Below are positions 26,438 through 35,324 of a stretch of DNA of 56,826 nt, piece after piece (position 1 is the first letter of the stretch; each line of letters opens with the position of its first letter). The stretch is from Solirubrobacteraceae bacterium (lineage in GTDB: Bacteria > Actinomycetota > Thermoleophilia > Solirubrobacterales > Solirubrobacteraceae). The notes beneath the pieces were generated by a model that was not told where the DNA came from, searched no databases, and saw only the letters and a list, made by a program, of their open reading frames with translations. A program made the translations under genes and the position numbers. The stretch is taken from the NCBI GenBank assembly GCA_035508995.1, contig DATJMB010000173.1, positions 1 through 56,826 of the forward strand. Reading direction: 5' to 3'.

Positions 26438-27355
26438 TCAGTGGCCTTTGTCCTGGTGGCGGCGCGGCACTGACTCCGCGAACACCGAGCTCACGTCGTC
26501 GTCTGCGTGGCCGTCCGCGATCGCCTGCCGCCACCGGGGCGCAAGTGCCGCGGTGAGCGGCAGGCTCAGGCCCATCTCCTGAGCCGCATCGAGCGCGAGA
26601 GACGCATCCTTGAAAGCCAGCCGCAGGGCAAAGCCGGGGGTGTAGTCGCCGGAGATCATCGCTCGCGCCTTCGCCACCGCGTAGCGAGATCCGAGCGGGG
26701 CGTCGTCGATCGCTTCCGGGAACAGGTGCGGATCGAGTCCAAGCGCCTCGGTCAGCGCCAGCGTCTCGGCGACCGCCTCGACCTGCGCCACAAGCCAGTT
26801 GTTGAGCACGAGCTTCATCCGTGTTCCCCCTCCCGTTGGCCCGAGCCATATCGTTTCGCGACCGATCGCGTCGAAGATCGGCTGCACTCGGGCTCGTGCT
26901 TTATCCGGGCCCGAGGCGAGCACGATCAGCTTGGCTTCCCTAGCGGGACCATCGCTGCCGGACACCGGCGCGTCGACGAGCTCGACACCGTGCTCCGCCG
27001 CCAGATCGGAAAGCCGGCCGGTCCAGTCGAGACCCACAGTGGCCATCTGAATCCACGTCGAGTCCGGTCGCATCGCTTCGAGTGCTCCCGCCGGTCCGCT
27101 CATCGCCTCGTGCACGGCCGCGCCGTCCGCAAGCATCGTCAGCACGACGTCGGCGTTCTTCGCGGCATCGGCAGGCGACGAGGCGAGGAGGGCGCCGTCG
27201 TCCACGAGGAGTGCTGCCCTGGCGGCGGTCCGGTTCCAAGCCGATACCGGGAAGCCCGCGGCGAGCAGGTTGCGCGCGATCGGGGACCCCATGCTGCCGG
27301 TTCCCAGCACCGCGACGGCGCTTCGACCGGAGCCCTGCTGTGGGGAGCTTGTCAT
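26438..27355 (-). CDS. NAD(P)-dependent beta-hydroxyacid dehydrogenase (3-hydroxyisobutyrate DH-like)
   Basis: LGTGSMG, WNRT, DAPVSGS, MKLVLN, FALRLAFKD; AAGGAG RBS. Confidence 0.9.
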   Translation of the reverse strand: MTSSPQQGSGRSAVAVLGTGSMGSPIARNLLAAGFPVSAWNRTAARAALLVDDGALLASSPADAAKNADVVLTMLADGAAVHEAMSGPAGALEAMRPDSTWIQMATVGLDWTGRLSDLAAEHGVELVDAPVSGSDGPAREAKLIVLASGPDKARARVQPIFDAIGRETIWLGPTGGGTRMKLVLNNWLVAQVEAVAETLALTEALGLDPHLFPEAIDDAPLGSRYAVAKARAMISGDYTPGFALRLAFKDASLALDAAQEMGLSLPLTAALAPRWRQAIADGHADDDVSSVFAESVPRRHQDKGH

Positions 27356-27416
27356 CGGTTCTCTCCTTCGTCGAATGGGTCGCGCTCTACACGTGCTATT
27401 GCGCCGATGGCAGCGG

Positions 27417-27818
27417 CTATTGCGCGGACGGCATCCCCTCCGGGGAGGGCCCCCCGATCGGCACCGAGCCGGCCATGATGCGCTCGATCTGCTCGAGGTC
27501 GGCCTCGCTCAGCCTCAGCTCCGCCGCTGCCAGGCTGTCTTCGATGTGACGAGGGTGCCGGGCGCCCACGATCGCGACATTCGCGGCCGGATTCGCCAGC
27601 GTCCAGGCCACGGCGAGCTGGGCGACCGAGCAACCCAGTTGCTCCGTGGCGAATCGCTTCAGCCGATCGACGACCTCCAGGTTCCGCCTGAAGGCGATCC
27701 CCTCGCCCTCGTCGAACCCTCCCCACTCCCCCCCGAGCTGCCAGGTGCCGAAGGCAATCGCAGAGACCTCCAGACCGGTGCTGCCAAGAGTGACGGGACT
27801 CAGAACAGTGGATGACAC
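27417..27818 (-). pseudogene. Aldo/keto reductase with large in-frame internal deletion
   Basis: N-terminal LGSTGLEVSAIAFGTWQLGG joins directly at ~27692 to C-terminal FRRNLEVVD...AQLAVAWTL...IVGAR; only 133 aa. Confidence 0.8.
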
Positions 27819-27886
27819 GACGACCCTTTCTTGCCGATCGCTCTGGCGCGTCGCGGGCCCTGCGGTTGGCGCCCTGCTTCCAGCCA

Positions 27887-28684
27887 TTATCCGCTCCAGC
27901 CCAGCACCCGCGCTGTGACCCCTTCGATCGTCCGCTCGCCGTAGGCCATCGACGGATCGTGAACGGTGAGCACCGCCAGAGCGAACACGACCCCCGGCCG
28001 TTCCAGTCGCGCGACCTGATTGACCAGTCCTTCGACTTCCGGCAGCCAGCCGCCCTTGAAGAAGACCTGGAACTCGGGACGAGCGACCGCCGGTATCCCC
28101 CAGCTCTCATCGCGTTCGATGGTCGACAGCAGCCAGCGCGCAAACCCGTCGAATTGACGCGGAATGAGCGCTTCCTGGTGGAAGAAGAAGCGCGCCAGGT
28201 CGCTCGCCGAGACCTCCGTGAAGCCCCACGAAGCGCCGCCCGGCTCGTAGTCGACCATGTGCGCCTCCCTGGCGACCCGATCGAGCCTCTTCTCCCCGAC
28301 GATCGCGAGCACCGCCGAGGCCGCTTCGTTGTCCGAGGAGTGAATCATCGGATAGAGCAGCCCCCGGCTGGCGCTGTCCAGAGGTCGGTGCTGGTGGGCG
28401 AGCATCTGCAGGTAGGCGACCAGCAGCATCGACTTGACCACGCTCGCCGAATGGAAGCGGCGGTGCAGTTGGACCCCGGTCACCTTGCCGCGGTCGTTGA
28501 CCACCGCGAAGGCCTTGGTGCCCGCCCGGCCCGCGAGGTAGCGCCCGGCCGCGCTCACCCGCCCAGAGAGCGGGTACACCGGCTGCGGCTCGCGCGGTTC
28601 TCCCGCCACCGGACCGGCCCGCGCGAGCGATGCCGGCACCGTGCACGACGCCACGACACCGATCCATAGCCATACGCCTCTCAT
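27887..28684 (-). CDS. Secreted class A beta-lactamase-like serine hydrolase
   Basis: SASVVK (SxxK), SDN, FKGGW; signal peptide from ATG 28684. Confidence 0.82.
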   Translation of the reverse strand: MRGVWLWIGVVASCTVPASLARAGPVAGEPREPQPVYPLSGRVSAAGRYLAGRAGTKAFAVVNDRGKVTGVQLHRRFHSASVVKSMLLVAYLQMLAHQHRPLDSASRGLLYPMIHSSDNEAASAVLAIVGEKRLDRVAREAHMVDYEPGGASWGFTEVSASDLARFFFHQEALIPRQFDGFARWLLSTIERDESWGIPAVARPEFQVFFKGGWLPEVEGLVNQVARLERPGVVFALAVLTVHDPSMAYGERTIEGVTARVLGWSG

Positions 28685-28815
28685 CGGCCACCCATCCTTG
28701 CCGATCGCGATCCTACTGGCCAGGTTGGGGCGCCCTGGCACCGCCCGCGCCGCGTTCCAACGCCTTGGCGAGCAGCGACTCTATCGCTGGGAAACGGTGC
28801 CGACCGCGCGAAACC

Positions 28816-29802
28816 TCACAGGTCCGCGATCACCGCCCAGCAGGCGATCGCCGAGCCGATGGTCGTCCAGTAGCCGTACTCTTCGTAGATCCGCTCCGCC
28901 CACGCCTTCTCCGCCTTCAGCGACAGCATGTGCGGCACCTGCGGATCGCTGGCGTTGCGGATCGACAGCCACGGGGTGGCGCTCTTGATGTCCGCCAGCG
29001 CCAGCGGCAGCGTGGCGTCGTCCATCTCCTCGGTGCGCGCGTAGGGATCGTTCCCCACGATCCCGTAGGAGTCGGTGGCGTCGGCGAAGCCGAAGAAGTC
29101 CACCGTCTCCACCCCCGCTTTGCCGATCACCGTGGCCACTTCCGGGTTCCGGTTGGCCACCGGCCGCAGCTTGCCGGCGTTGGCCGCCAGCAGCCTGCCG
29201 CTCGCCTTGAGCTGTCCGCCGGCTTTCCAGGGCCTGCCTTTGAAGGTCTGCTGCGCGAACGGTTCGGCCTTGAAGGTCTCCTGGCAGTTGAACTTCGCCC
29301 CGTTGGTCACGCACACGTCGCCCAGCTGCGTCCCTTCGCCGATCCCGCCGGCCGTGCCGGTGGTGATCGCGAGCTTCGGCTTCACCGCCTTCACCAGCTG
29401 CGCCCACAGCTGGCGGATCGGCATCGACAGCGCGTCCGTCGCCAGGTGCAGGTCGGATTTGAACAGCACCACCCGCTTGCCGCCGATTTCCGTGAGCGCC
29501 CACAGCCCGAGGCATTTCGAGAATTTCGCCGGCGAGCGTCCCGTGAGCTGGTGTTCGTAGCGAGTCCATTCGTCGGAGTACCGTTGCCAGGCGCTGGAGG
29601 CGTGTCCGGGCGTGAGCACGTCCGCGAGCGCCCGTGCCTCCGCCGCCGTCCAGGTGACCACCAGCACGTCTCCCCGCGGCAGCTCCTGGGGAGCTTTGGC
29701 GGGCAGCTTCGGCGCGAGGCCCTTTGGCCACGGGATCGGCGCCAGCGGCTCCGGCGAGGCGACGTAGGTGATGCGATCGAGGACCGGATCGTCGCTGAGC
29801 AT
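28816..29802 (-). CDS. Nucleoside phosphorylase / MTA-SAH nucleosidase-fold (PNP_UDP_1) protein
   Basis: DVLVVTWTAAE, ITTGTAGG, LGDVCV, EEMDD, SIRNASD; start overlaps upstream stop (TGATG). Confidence 0.75.
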   Translation of the reverse strand: MLSDDPVLDRITYVASPEPLAPIPWPKGLAPKLPAKAPQELPRGDVLVVTWTAAEARALADVLTPGHASSAWQRYSDEWTRYEHQLTGRSPAKFSKCLGLWALTEIGGKRVVLFKSDLHLATDALSMPIRQLWAQLVKAVKPKLAITTGTAGGIGEGTQLGDVCVTNGAKFNCQETFKAEPFAQQTFKGRPWKAGGQLKASGRLLAANAGKLRPVANRNPEVATVIGKAGVETVDFFGFADATDSYGIVGNDPYARTEEMDDATLPLALADIKSATPWLSIRNASDPQVPHMLSLKAEKAWAERIYEEYGYWTTIGSAIACWAVIADL

Positions 29803-30524
29803 CACACCTTCTCCAGATCTTCCTGGAGCGCCTGCAGATCGACCCCCAGGTTGTTCTGCTTGGCTTCCACGAGCTGCTGGGAGATGATCACCCATACCTC
29901 CTCGAGGTAGTGCGCGAGGAAGGGGTAGGTGACTTTCGCGATCCCGCCCCAGGTCGCGCATTCGACGTACTTCTCGTTGTAGCCCAGCCCCACGATGCAG
30001 TGCCCTTCCAGCGGCGATCCCGGCACGTAGGTCCACGGCTGGTGGTTCTGGAACTGTTCCTGTGCCGACTCCGGGCACTGGATGCCGAGGTAGCAGCCGC
30101 CGTACTCGGCGATCGCCTGGTGAATGCCGAGAATGTCTCTATCACTCACCGGCGCGTAGCCGGCGATCTTGTCGCCGAACAGACCCGATTTGTGCCACAG
30201 AGAGAGCACCTGCGCCTCGCTCAGCCCCACGTCCGTCTGCCCGCCGTTGAGTTTGAGGAACTCATCCACCACCTGCTGATCGCTCGGCACCGGCACCCGC
30301 TTGGCATAGACGGCGTTCCAAGCTTCGATCAGATGGGCCACCCCCGCCATCGTGCAGTCGCCGTACTTGTCGTTGCCGTCTATCGGGTAGGCGCCCGCCG
30401 GCACCGACACCTCCTTCGGCGGCTCAGGCAGCTTCCCGGTCGTGTACACCGACAGATCCGAGAGCGCCGCCGGGCGCATCGCCGGAAGTCGTCCGAACTT
30501 GAATGGCAGCTCAGCGTTGCTCAT
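29802..30524 (-). CDS. Papain-like (C1-related) cysteine peptidase
   Basis: GNDKYGDCTMAGVAH (catalytic Cys), GHCIVGLGY (His), ATWG; AAGGAG RBS; no signal peptide. Confidence 0.7.
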   Translation of the reverse strand: MSNAELPFKFGRLPAMRPAALSDLSVYTTGKLPEPPKEVSVPAGAYPIDGNDKYGDCTMAGVAHLIEAWNAVYAKRVPVPSDQQVVDEFLKLNGGQTDVGLSEAQVLSLWHKSGLFGDKIAGYAPVSDRDILGIHQAIAEYGGCYLGIQCPESAQEQFQNHQPWTYVPGSPLEGHCIVGLGYNEKYVECATWGGIAKVTYPFLAHYLEEVWVIISQQLVEAKQNNLGVDLQALQEDLEKV

Positions 30525-30594
30525 GTCGAGGCTCCTTGGAGAATCGTCAGCGGATGGTCCGGCCCCGCAGCGTGGACCGAGTGTGCGATCGGCG

Positions 30595-30622
30595 AGACTA
30601 GCGCGGCTGTTCCGAAAGTCAA
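30595..30622 (-). promoter_or_regulatory. sigma70/SigA-like promoter for the peptidase-PNP operon
   Basis: Minus strand TTGACT-N16-TAGTCT, ~70 nt upstream of ATG 30524. Confidence 0.5.
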
Positions 30623-30752
30623 ATCAATCACGCCATCTAGACGAGAATGCCACGACATCTTCACATCCACATCCCGCCGCGGACGCCGCTGGCCGCGGAC
30701 GCCGCTGGTCGCGGTTCGTCGCCAATTCCCCACCCGGGCGATTCGAGTGACG

Positions 30753-31829
30753 CTAGAAGTCGTGGTCGGCGAGCCGCAGACCGCCTCGCTGCTCGCGCTC
30801 GCTCATCGCCCTCATCGCCGGCACCATCTCGCTGGTGACCAGCCCGTGCTCGGCGGTGAGCTCGTCGATGATCTGAAACGAGCGCGCCGTCCGCTCCGGC
30901 GTGTCGATCGCCACCGTCAACACCGGCACGTGCCGTTGGATCTGAAAGAGCCTGTCGCCGTGCGGCGCGTGCTCGCCGTGAAAGCCCCAGATGCCGTGCA
31001 GCACCGTCGCTCCAGCCGCCCCCGACTCCCGCAGCCGCCCCACGATCGCCTGGTGCAGCGGACGCCCCTCCGTGGTGGCCGCGTGCGAGGTGTAGATCAT
31101 CAGCTTCTGCCACATCGCCAGCCCGTGCTCGTCCGTGCCCGGCAGCTCGTGCGGCGTCGCCAGCAGCCGCCCGTCGCGCTTGCACACCCGCACCCGCTCG
31201 AGCGTCATCAGCGGCTCCCGCAGCAGCCCCCCGAGCTCCGCCAGCACCCCGGCGATCGTCTTCCCCGACCCCACCGCCACGATCATCGTCGGCACCTCCC
31301 CGTTGCGCCCGAGGAACCTGGCTCGCGCCCGCCTGCCGTGGCGCGTGCCGTCCACGCCCAGCAGCACGCTCGCCCCCGACACCCCCCGCCGCTGCAGCAG
31401 CTCGGTGACCGCCGCGAACGCCGCCCTGCGCCCCACCCGCTCCTTGCGACCCACGTACAGCGTCAGCTTGGTCGCCTCCCCGAGCTCCTGCGGCAGCCGC
31501 ACCGCGCCGATCTCCCCGCTCACCAGCCGCGCTCGCTCGAGCGTCACCAGCCCCCGCCGCTTGATCCGCGACACCCGCTCCAGCAGCGCCTCGATCCGCT
31601 CCCGCCGGTCCACCGCGATCGACACCACCGGCAGGTCTTCCGAGAGCGACAGCAGCCTGTCCGTGCGCAGCTGCTGAAGCCCCCCGAAGCCTTCCGCCCC
31701 CCGCAGCAGGATGCTCGCCTGAACGCCCTCCGCGCCGTAGATGTCCAGCAGCTCGTCCCCGAGCAGCCCCCGCGGCGTGCGATCGCGCTCGCCGAAGTAC
31801 GTCGTCAGCTTCAGCCACCCCTCGCTCAT
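30753..31829 (-). CDS. Triple DUF190 (PII-like) domain protein
   Basis: Three repeats starting KLTTYFG, KLTLYVG, KLMIYTS and ending GLVTLE/PLMTLE/GLVTSE; SEDLPVV motif. Confidence 0.85.
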   Translation of the reverse strand: MSEGWLKLTTYFGERDRTPRGLLGDELLDIYGAEGVQASILLRGAEGFGGLQQLRTDRLLSLSEDLPVVSIAVDRRERIEALLERVSRIKRRGLVTLERARLVSGEIGAVRLPQELGEATKLTLYVGRKERVGRRAAFAAVTELLQRRGVSGASVLLGVDGTRHGRRARARFLGRNGEVPTMIVAVGSGKTIAGVLAELGGLLREPLMTLERVRVCKRDGRLLATPHELPGTDEHGLAMWQKLMIYTSHAATTEGRPLHQAIVGRLRESGAAGATVLHGIWGFHGEHAPHGDRLFQIQRHVPVLTVAIDTPERTARSFQIIDELTAEHGLVTSEMVPAMRAMSEREQRGGLRLADHDF

Positions 31830-32191
31830 ACGTGCGCTCCGATCGCGTGCCCGAGCGCCGCCGCCCCGAAGCCCGCCAGCAGGCTCACCGCCAGGTTCAA
31901 CCCCGCCCGTCCCATCTCCGTGTCCTCCGCCAGCCGCTGCGTCTCGAGCATCCAGGTGGAGAAGGTCGAGTAGGAGCCGATCGTCGCGGTGCCCACCACC
32001 ACCATCAGGTTGCCCGTCAGCGCCGCTCCCGTTAGAAAGCCGAGCAGCAGCGCCCCGCTGAGGTTCACCGCGAACGTCCCGAGGGGGAAGTCACGCCCCG
32101 CCGCCCCCGAGACGACCGAGTCCAGCAGGAACCGTCCGATCGCCCCGCCGCCCCCCACCGCCGCCACCGCCAGCCACACCCAGCCGCTCAC
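31826..32191 (-). CDS. crcB: Fluoride channel Fluc/CrcB
   Basis: GGGGAIGRF, FPLGTFAVNLSG, GSYSTFSTW; GTGA overlap. Confidence 0.92.
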   Translation of the reverse strand: MSGWVWLAVAAVGGGGAIGRFLLDSVVSGAAGRDFPLGTFAVNLSGALLLGFLTGAALTGNLMVVVGTATIGSYSTFSTWMLETQRLAEDTEMGRAGLNLAVSLLAGFGAAALGHAIGAHV

Positions 32192-32586
32192 GCCATCACC
32201 CGCGTGCGTCGCACCACCGTCGTGGCCAGCCAGATCGCCGCCAGGCCCGCCCCGATGCTCCCCAGCGCGTATCCGCCCGCCAGGCCATAGCGATGGCCTT
32301 CCACCATCGTCAGGAGCTCCACCTGCATCGTCGAGAACGTCGTGTAGGCGCCGCAGAACCCCGTTCCCAGCAGCGGCCGCCGGTAGGTGGACTGCGGCAG
32401 CCGCTCCCCCAGTCGCGTCGCGAAGTACGCGAGCGCGAAGCACCCGCTCACGTTGATCGCGAACGTCGCCCACGGCCAGCCGCCGGCGCCGCTGGCCAGG
32501 TGCCGCCCGATCCACACCCGCGCCACCGCCCCGATCGCTCCGCCCGCGAATATCGCAAGCAGCTCCTGACGGTCGATCCTCGGCAT
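32188..32586 (-). CDS. crcB: Fluoride channel Fluc/CrcB
   Basis: GGAIGAVAR, WPWATFAINVSG, GFCGAYTTFST; GAGGAG RBS. Confidence 0.93.
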   Translation of the reverse strand: MPRIDRQELLAIFAGGAIGAVARVWIGRHLASGAGGWPWATFAINVSGCFALAYFATRLGERLPQSTYRRPLLGTGFCGAYTTFSTMQVELLTMVEGHRYGLAGGYALGSIGAGLAAIWLATTVVRRTRVMA

Positions 32587-32623
32587 GGCCCACGTCTCCT
32601 CTCGCGCTCGAGTTGTGTTTCGC

Positions 32624-32713
32624 GAAAGGAGCCATCAGCCCTTGTAGCGACGCTGGGCGGTTTGAGACCGGCTGGCTGCTGCCCTGCACCGGACTCGCCA
32701 GGACTCCATCTGG
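32624..32713 (-). ncRNA. Fluoride riboswitch (crcB motif) with inserted hairpin
   Basis: CCAGATGGAGTCCTGG ... AAACCGC ... GCTGATGGCTCCTT; pseudoknot GGAGTC/GGCTCC; directly upstream of crcB. Confidence 0.85.
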
Positions 32714-33091
32714 ACGCCCACAAGATACCGCAGCCGCCCAGCGCCATCGGCCAGACAGTTGACATGCTGCGTAATTTATGATTTATATATGCTCGAAGGG
32801 GTCTTGGAGGAGCAGGTCCGCAGTCGGGGACGCGTCTTCAGCGGACGGCACGCGGAGCTGCCCGAAGCAGGAGGTTGGAAGACACATGAGGCTCGCGAGC
32901 TGTGCCGAGCAACGGATGCTTCGCACGTTCCACGAGCGCTGGCCCTACCGGCGCTCCCACTGCAGGCACGACCTGCACTGGCTGTTGAGGGTCCGCCCCC
33001 GCGATGGCTGCGTCCGGGGACGGCTGCATCCGGTCCGTTGCCTGCCCACGCCACGCCGCCGTCCCCGTACCGGGTAGGGGCGGAGGGAGAT

Positions 33092-33155
33092 AAAAAAGCG
33101 GCGCCCCGCGCGTGCGCGCGCACGCGCGCGCGGGCGCGCGCGGGCATCCCATTTT
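33092..33155. repeat. Dispersed CG-alternating palindromic repeat, copy A
   Basis: AAAAAAGCGGCGCCCCGCGCGTGCGCGCGCACGCGCGCGCGGG; 30-bp core identical to copy B (reverse). Confidence 0.75.
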
Positions 33156-33254
33156 GGAAGGTCTCCAGGGCGACCACGCCGGCCGCCCCGAGCTCCCCGG
33201 TCGGCCGAGCCGCCTTGCAAGGCACGCCGGCGGCCCACCATCTAGGATCGAGCG

Positions 33255-35297
33255 GTGGCCCGCAGCGAGATAGAGAGCCTCTCGATCGACACCGTTCGCG
33301 GTCTCGCCATGGACGCCGTCCAGAAGGCCAACGCCGGCCATCCCGGCACCGCGATGGCCCTCGCGCCCCTCGGCTACGTGATCTTCGAGCGCTTCCTGCG
33401 CGCCAACCCCCGCGACCCCCACTGGCCCGGCCGCGATCGCTTCGTGCTGAGCGCCGGCCACGCCTGCGTGCTCCAGTACTCCCTGCTCCACCTCTGCGGC
33501 TACGACCTCTCCCTCGACGACCTGCGGGAGTTCCGCCAGTGGGCCTCTCGCACGCCCGGCCACCCCGAGCGGGGCCACACGCCCGGCATCGAGGTCACCA
33601 CCGGCCCCCTCGGCCAGGGCTTCGCCAACGCCGTCGGCATGGCCATCGCCGAGCGCTTCCTCGCCGAGCGCTTCAACCGGCCCGGCGAGGAGGTCGTCGA
33701 TCACAACACCTTCGTGATCTGCTCCGACGGCGACATGATGGAGGGCGTCAGCCAGGAAGCCGCCTCCGTCGCCGGCCACTTCGGCCTCGGCAAGCTGATC
33801 GTCTGCTACGACGACAACCGCATCACGATCGACGGCACCACCGCCATCTCCTTCGACGGCGAGAACCACGACGCCCGTCTCGCCGCCGACGGCTGGCACG
33901 TGCAGCGGGTGGAGGACTCCGAGGACCTCGACGCCCTCACCGCCGCTCTCACCGCCGCCCGTGAGGAAACCGAGCGCCCCTCCTTCGTCTCCGTGCGCTC
34001 CCACATCGCCTATCCCGCCCCCAACGCCGTCGACACCGCCGGCGCCCACGGCGCCCCCCTCGGCGCCGACGAGGTGCGCGCCACGAAGGTCGCGATGGGC
34101 TGGCCAGATCCCGACGCCACCTTCCGGGTGGACGAGGAGGTCTATGCCCACATGTCCCTGCTCGCCTCCGGCGAGCAGGCCCAGGCGCGGTGGCAGCGGC
34201 GTTTCGAGGCCTGGCGCGAGGCCCACCCGCAGCTCGCCGCCGAGTGGGATCTCGCCTGGCGGGGCTCCGGCCTGCGCGAGGGCTGGCGCGACGTGCTCCC
34301 CGAGTTCGCCCCCGGCGAAAAGCTCGCCACCCGTGCCGCCGGCCAGAAGGCGATGGCCGCCTTCTCCGCCCACGCCCCCACCACCCTCGGCGGCGCCGCC
34401 GACCTCGTGGAGTCCACCAAGACCGTCTTCGAGGGCGCCGGCGAGTTCTCCCGCGTGCACTCCGGCCGCAACGTCCCCTTCGGCATCCGCGAGCACGCCA
34501 TGGGCGCGATCGTCAACGGCGCCGCCGCCCACGGCGGCATCGTCAAGCCCTACGGCTCCACCTTCCTGATCTTCTCCGACTACATGCGCGCCTCCGTGCG
34601 CCTCTCCGCGCTGATGTCCCTGCCCGTGTTGTGGGTCTGGACCCACGACTCCGTGGGCCTCGGCGAGGACGGCCCCACCCATCAGCCGATCGAGCACTAC
34701 GCCGCCCTGCGCGCCATCCCCCGCCTGTGGGTCATCCGCCCCGCCGACGCCAACGAGACCGCCCACGCCTGGCGCGTGGCCCTCGAACGCGAGGACGGCC
34801 CCGTGGCCCTGCTGCTCTCACGCCAGGCCGTTCCCGTGCTCGACCGCGCCGGCGAGGGCCTCGCGCCGGCCAGCGCCCTGGAGCGCGGCGCCTACGTGCT
34901 CTGGGACTCCTCCCCGAACGGTTCCCCGCCTGAGCTGATCCTGATCGCCACCGGCACCGAGGTGGACCCCACCCTCGCCGCCGCCCACGAGCTCGCCGCT
35001 GGGGGGACCGCCGTGCGGGTCGTCTCGATGCCCTGCATGGACATCTTCGAAGCCCAGGACACCGCCTACCGCGACCAGGTGCTGCCCCCGGCCGTCCCCG
35101 CCCGCCTCGCCGTCGAGCCCGGCGTGAGCCAGCCGTGGTGGCGCTGGGTGGGCGATCACGGCGACGTGCTGGGCATCGACGGCCGCTTCGGCGCCTCCGC
35201 CCCCGGCCCCCGCGTGCTCGAGGAGCTCGGCTTCAGCGTCCAGAACATCGCCGCCCGCGCCCGCGCCGTCCTCCAGCGCGTGGGCTCGCTAGCGTAG
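33255..35297 (+). CDS. tkt: Transketolase
   Basis: [54 protein letters not shown]; -10 TAGGAT 6 nt before GTG. Confidence 0.97.
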   Translation: MARSEIESLSIDTVRGLAMDAVQKANAGHPGTAMALAPLGYVIFERFLRANPRDPHWPGRDRFVLSAGHACVLQYSLLHLCGYDLSLDDLREFRQWASRTPGHPERGHTPGIEVTTGPLGQGFANAVGMAIAERFLAERFNRPGEEVVDHNTFVICSDGDMMEGVSQEAASVAGHFGLGKLIVCYDDNRITIDGTTAISFDGENHDARLAADGWHVQRVEDSEDLDALTAALTAAREETERPSFVSVRSHIAYPAPNAVDTAGAHGAPLGADEVRATKVAMGWPDPDATFRVDEEVYAHMSLLASGEQAQARWQRRFEAWREAHPQLAAEWDLAWRGSGLREGWRDVLPEFAPGEKLATRAAGQKAMAAFSAHAPTTLGGAADLVESTKTVFEGAGEFSRVHSGRNVPFGIREHAMGAIVNGAAAHGGIVKPYGSTFLIFSDYMRASVRLSALMSLPVLWVWTHDSVGLGEDGPTHQPIEHYAALRAIPRLWVIRPADANETAHAWRVALEREDGPVALLLSRQAVPVLDRAGEGLAPASALERGAYVLWDSSPNGSPPELILIATGTEVDPTLAAAHELAAGGTAVRVVSMPCMDIFEAQDTAYRDQVLPPAVPARLAVEPGVSQPWWRWVGDHGDVLGIDGRFGASAPGPRVLEELGFSVQNIAARARAVLQRVGSLA

Positions 35298-35324
35298 GCA
35301 ACGGTCCGACCAAAGGAGCCGTAT

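Noticed and set aside
22559-30480. CCGGGCGCAT matches to the tRNA 3' end (~22559 and ~30470) as possible att sites
   Set aside because: Only 10 bp, GC-rich and inside coding sequence; expected by chance.
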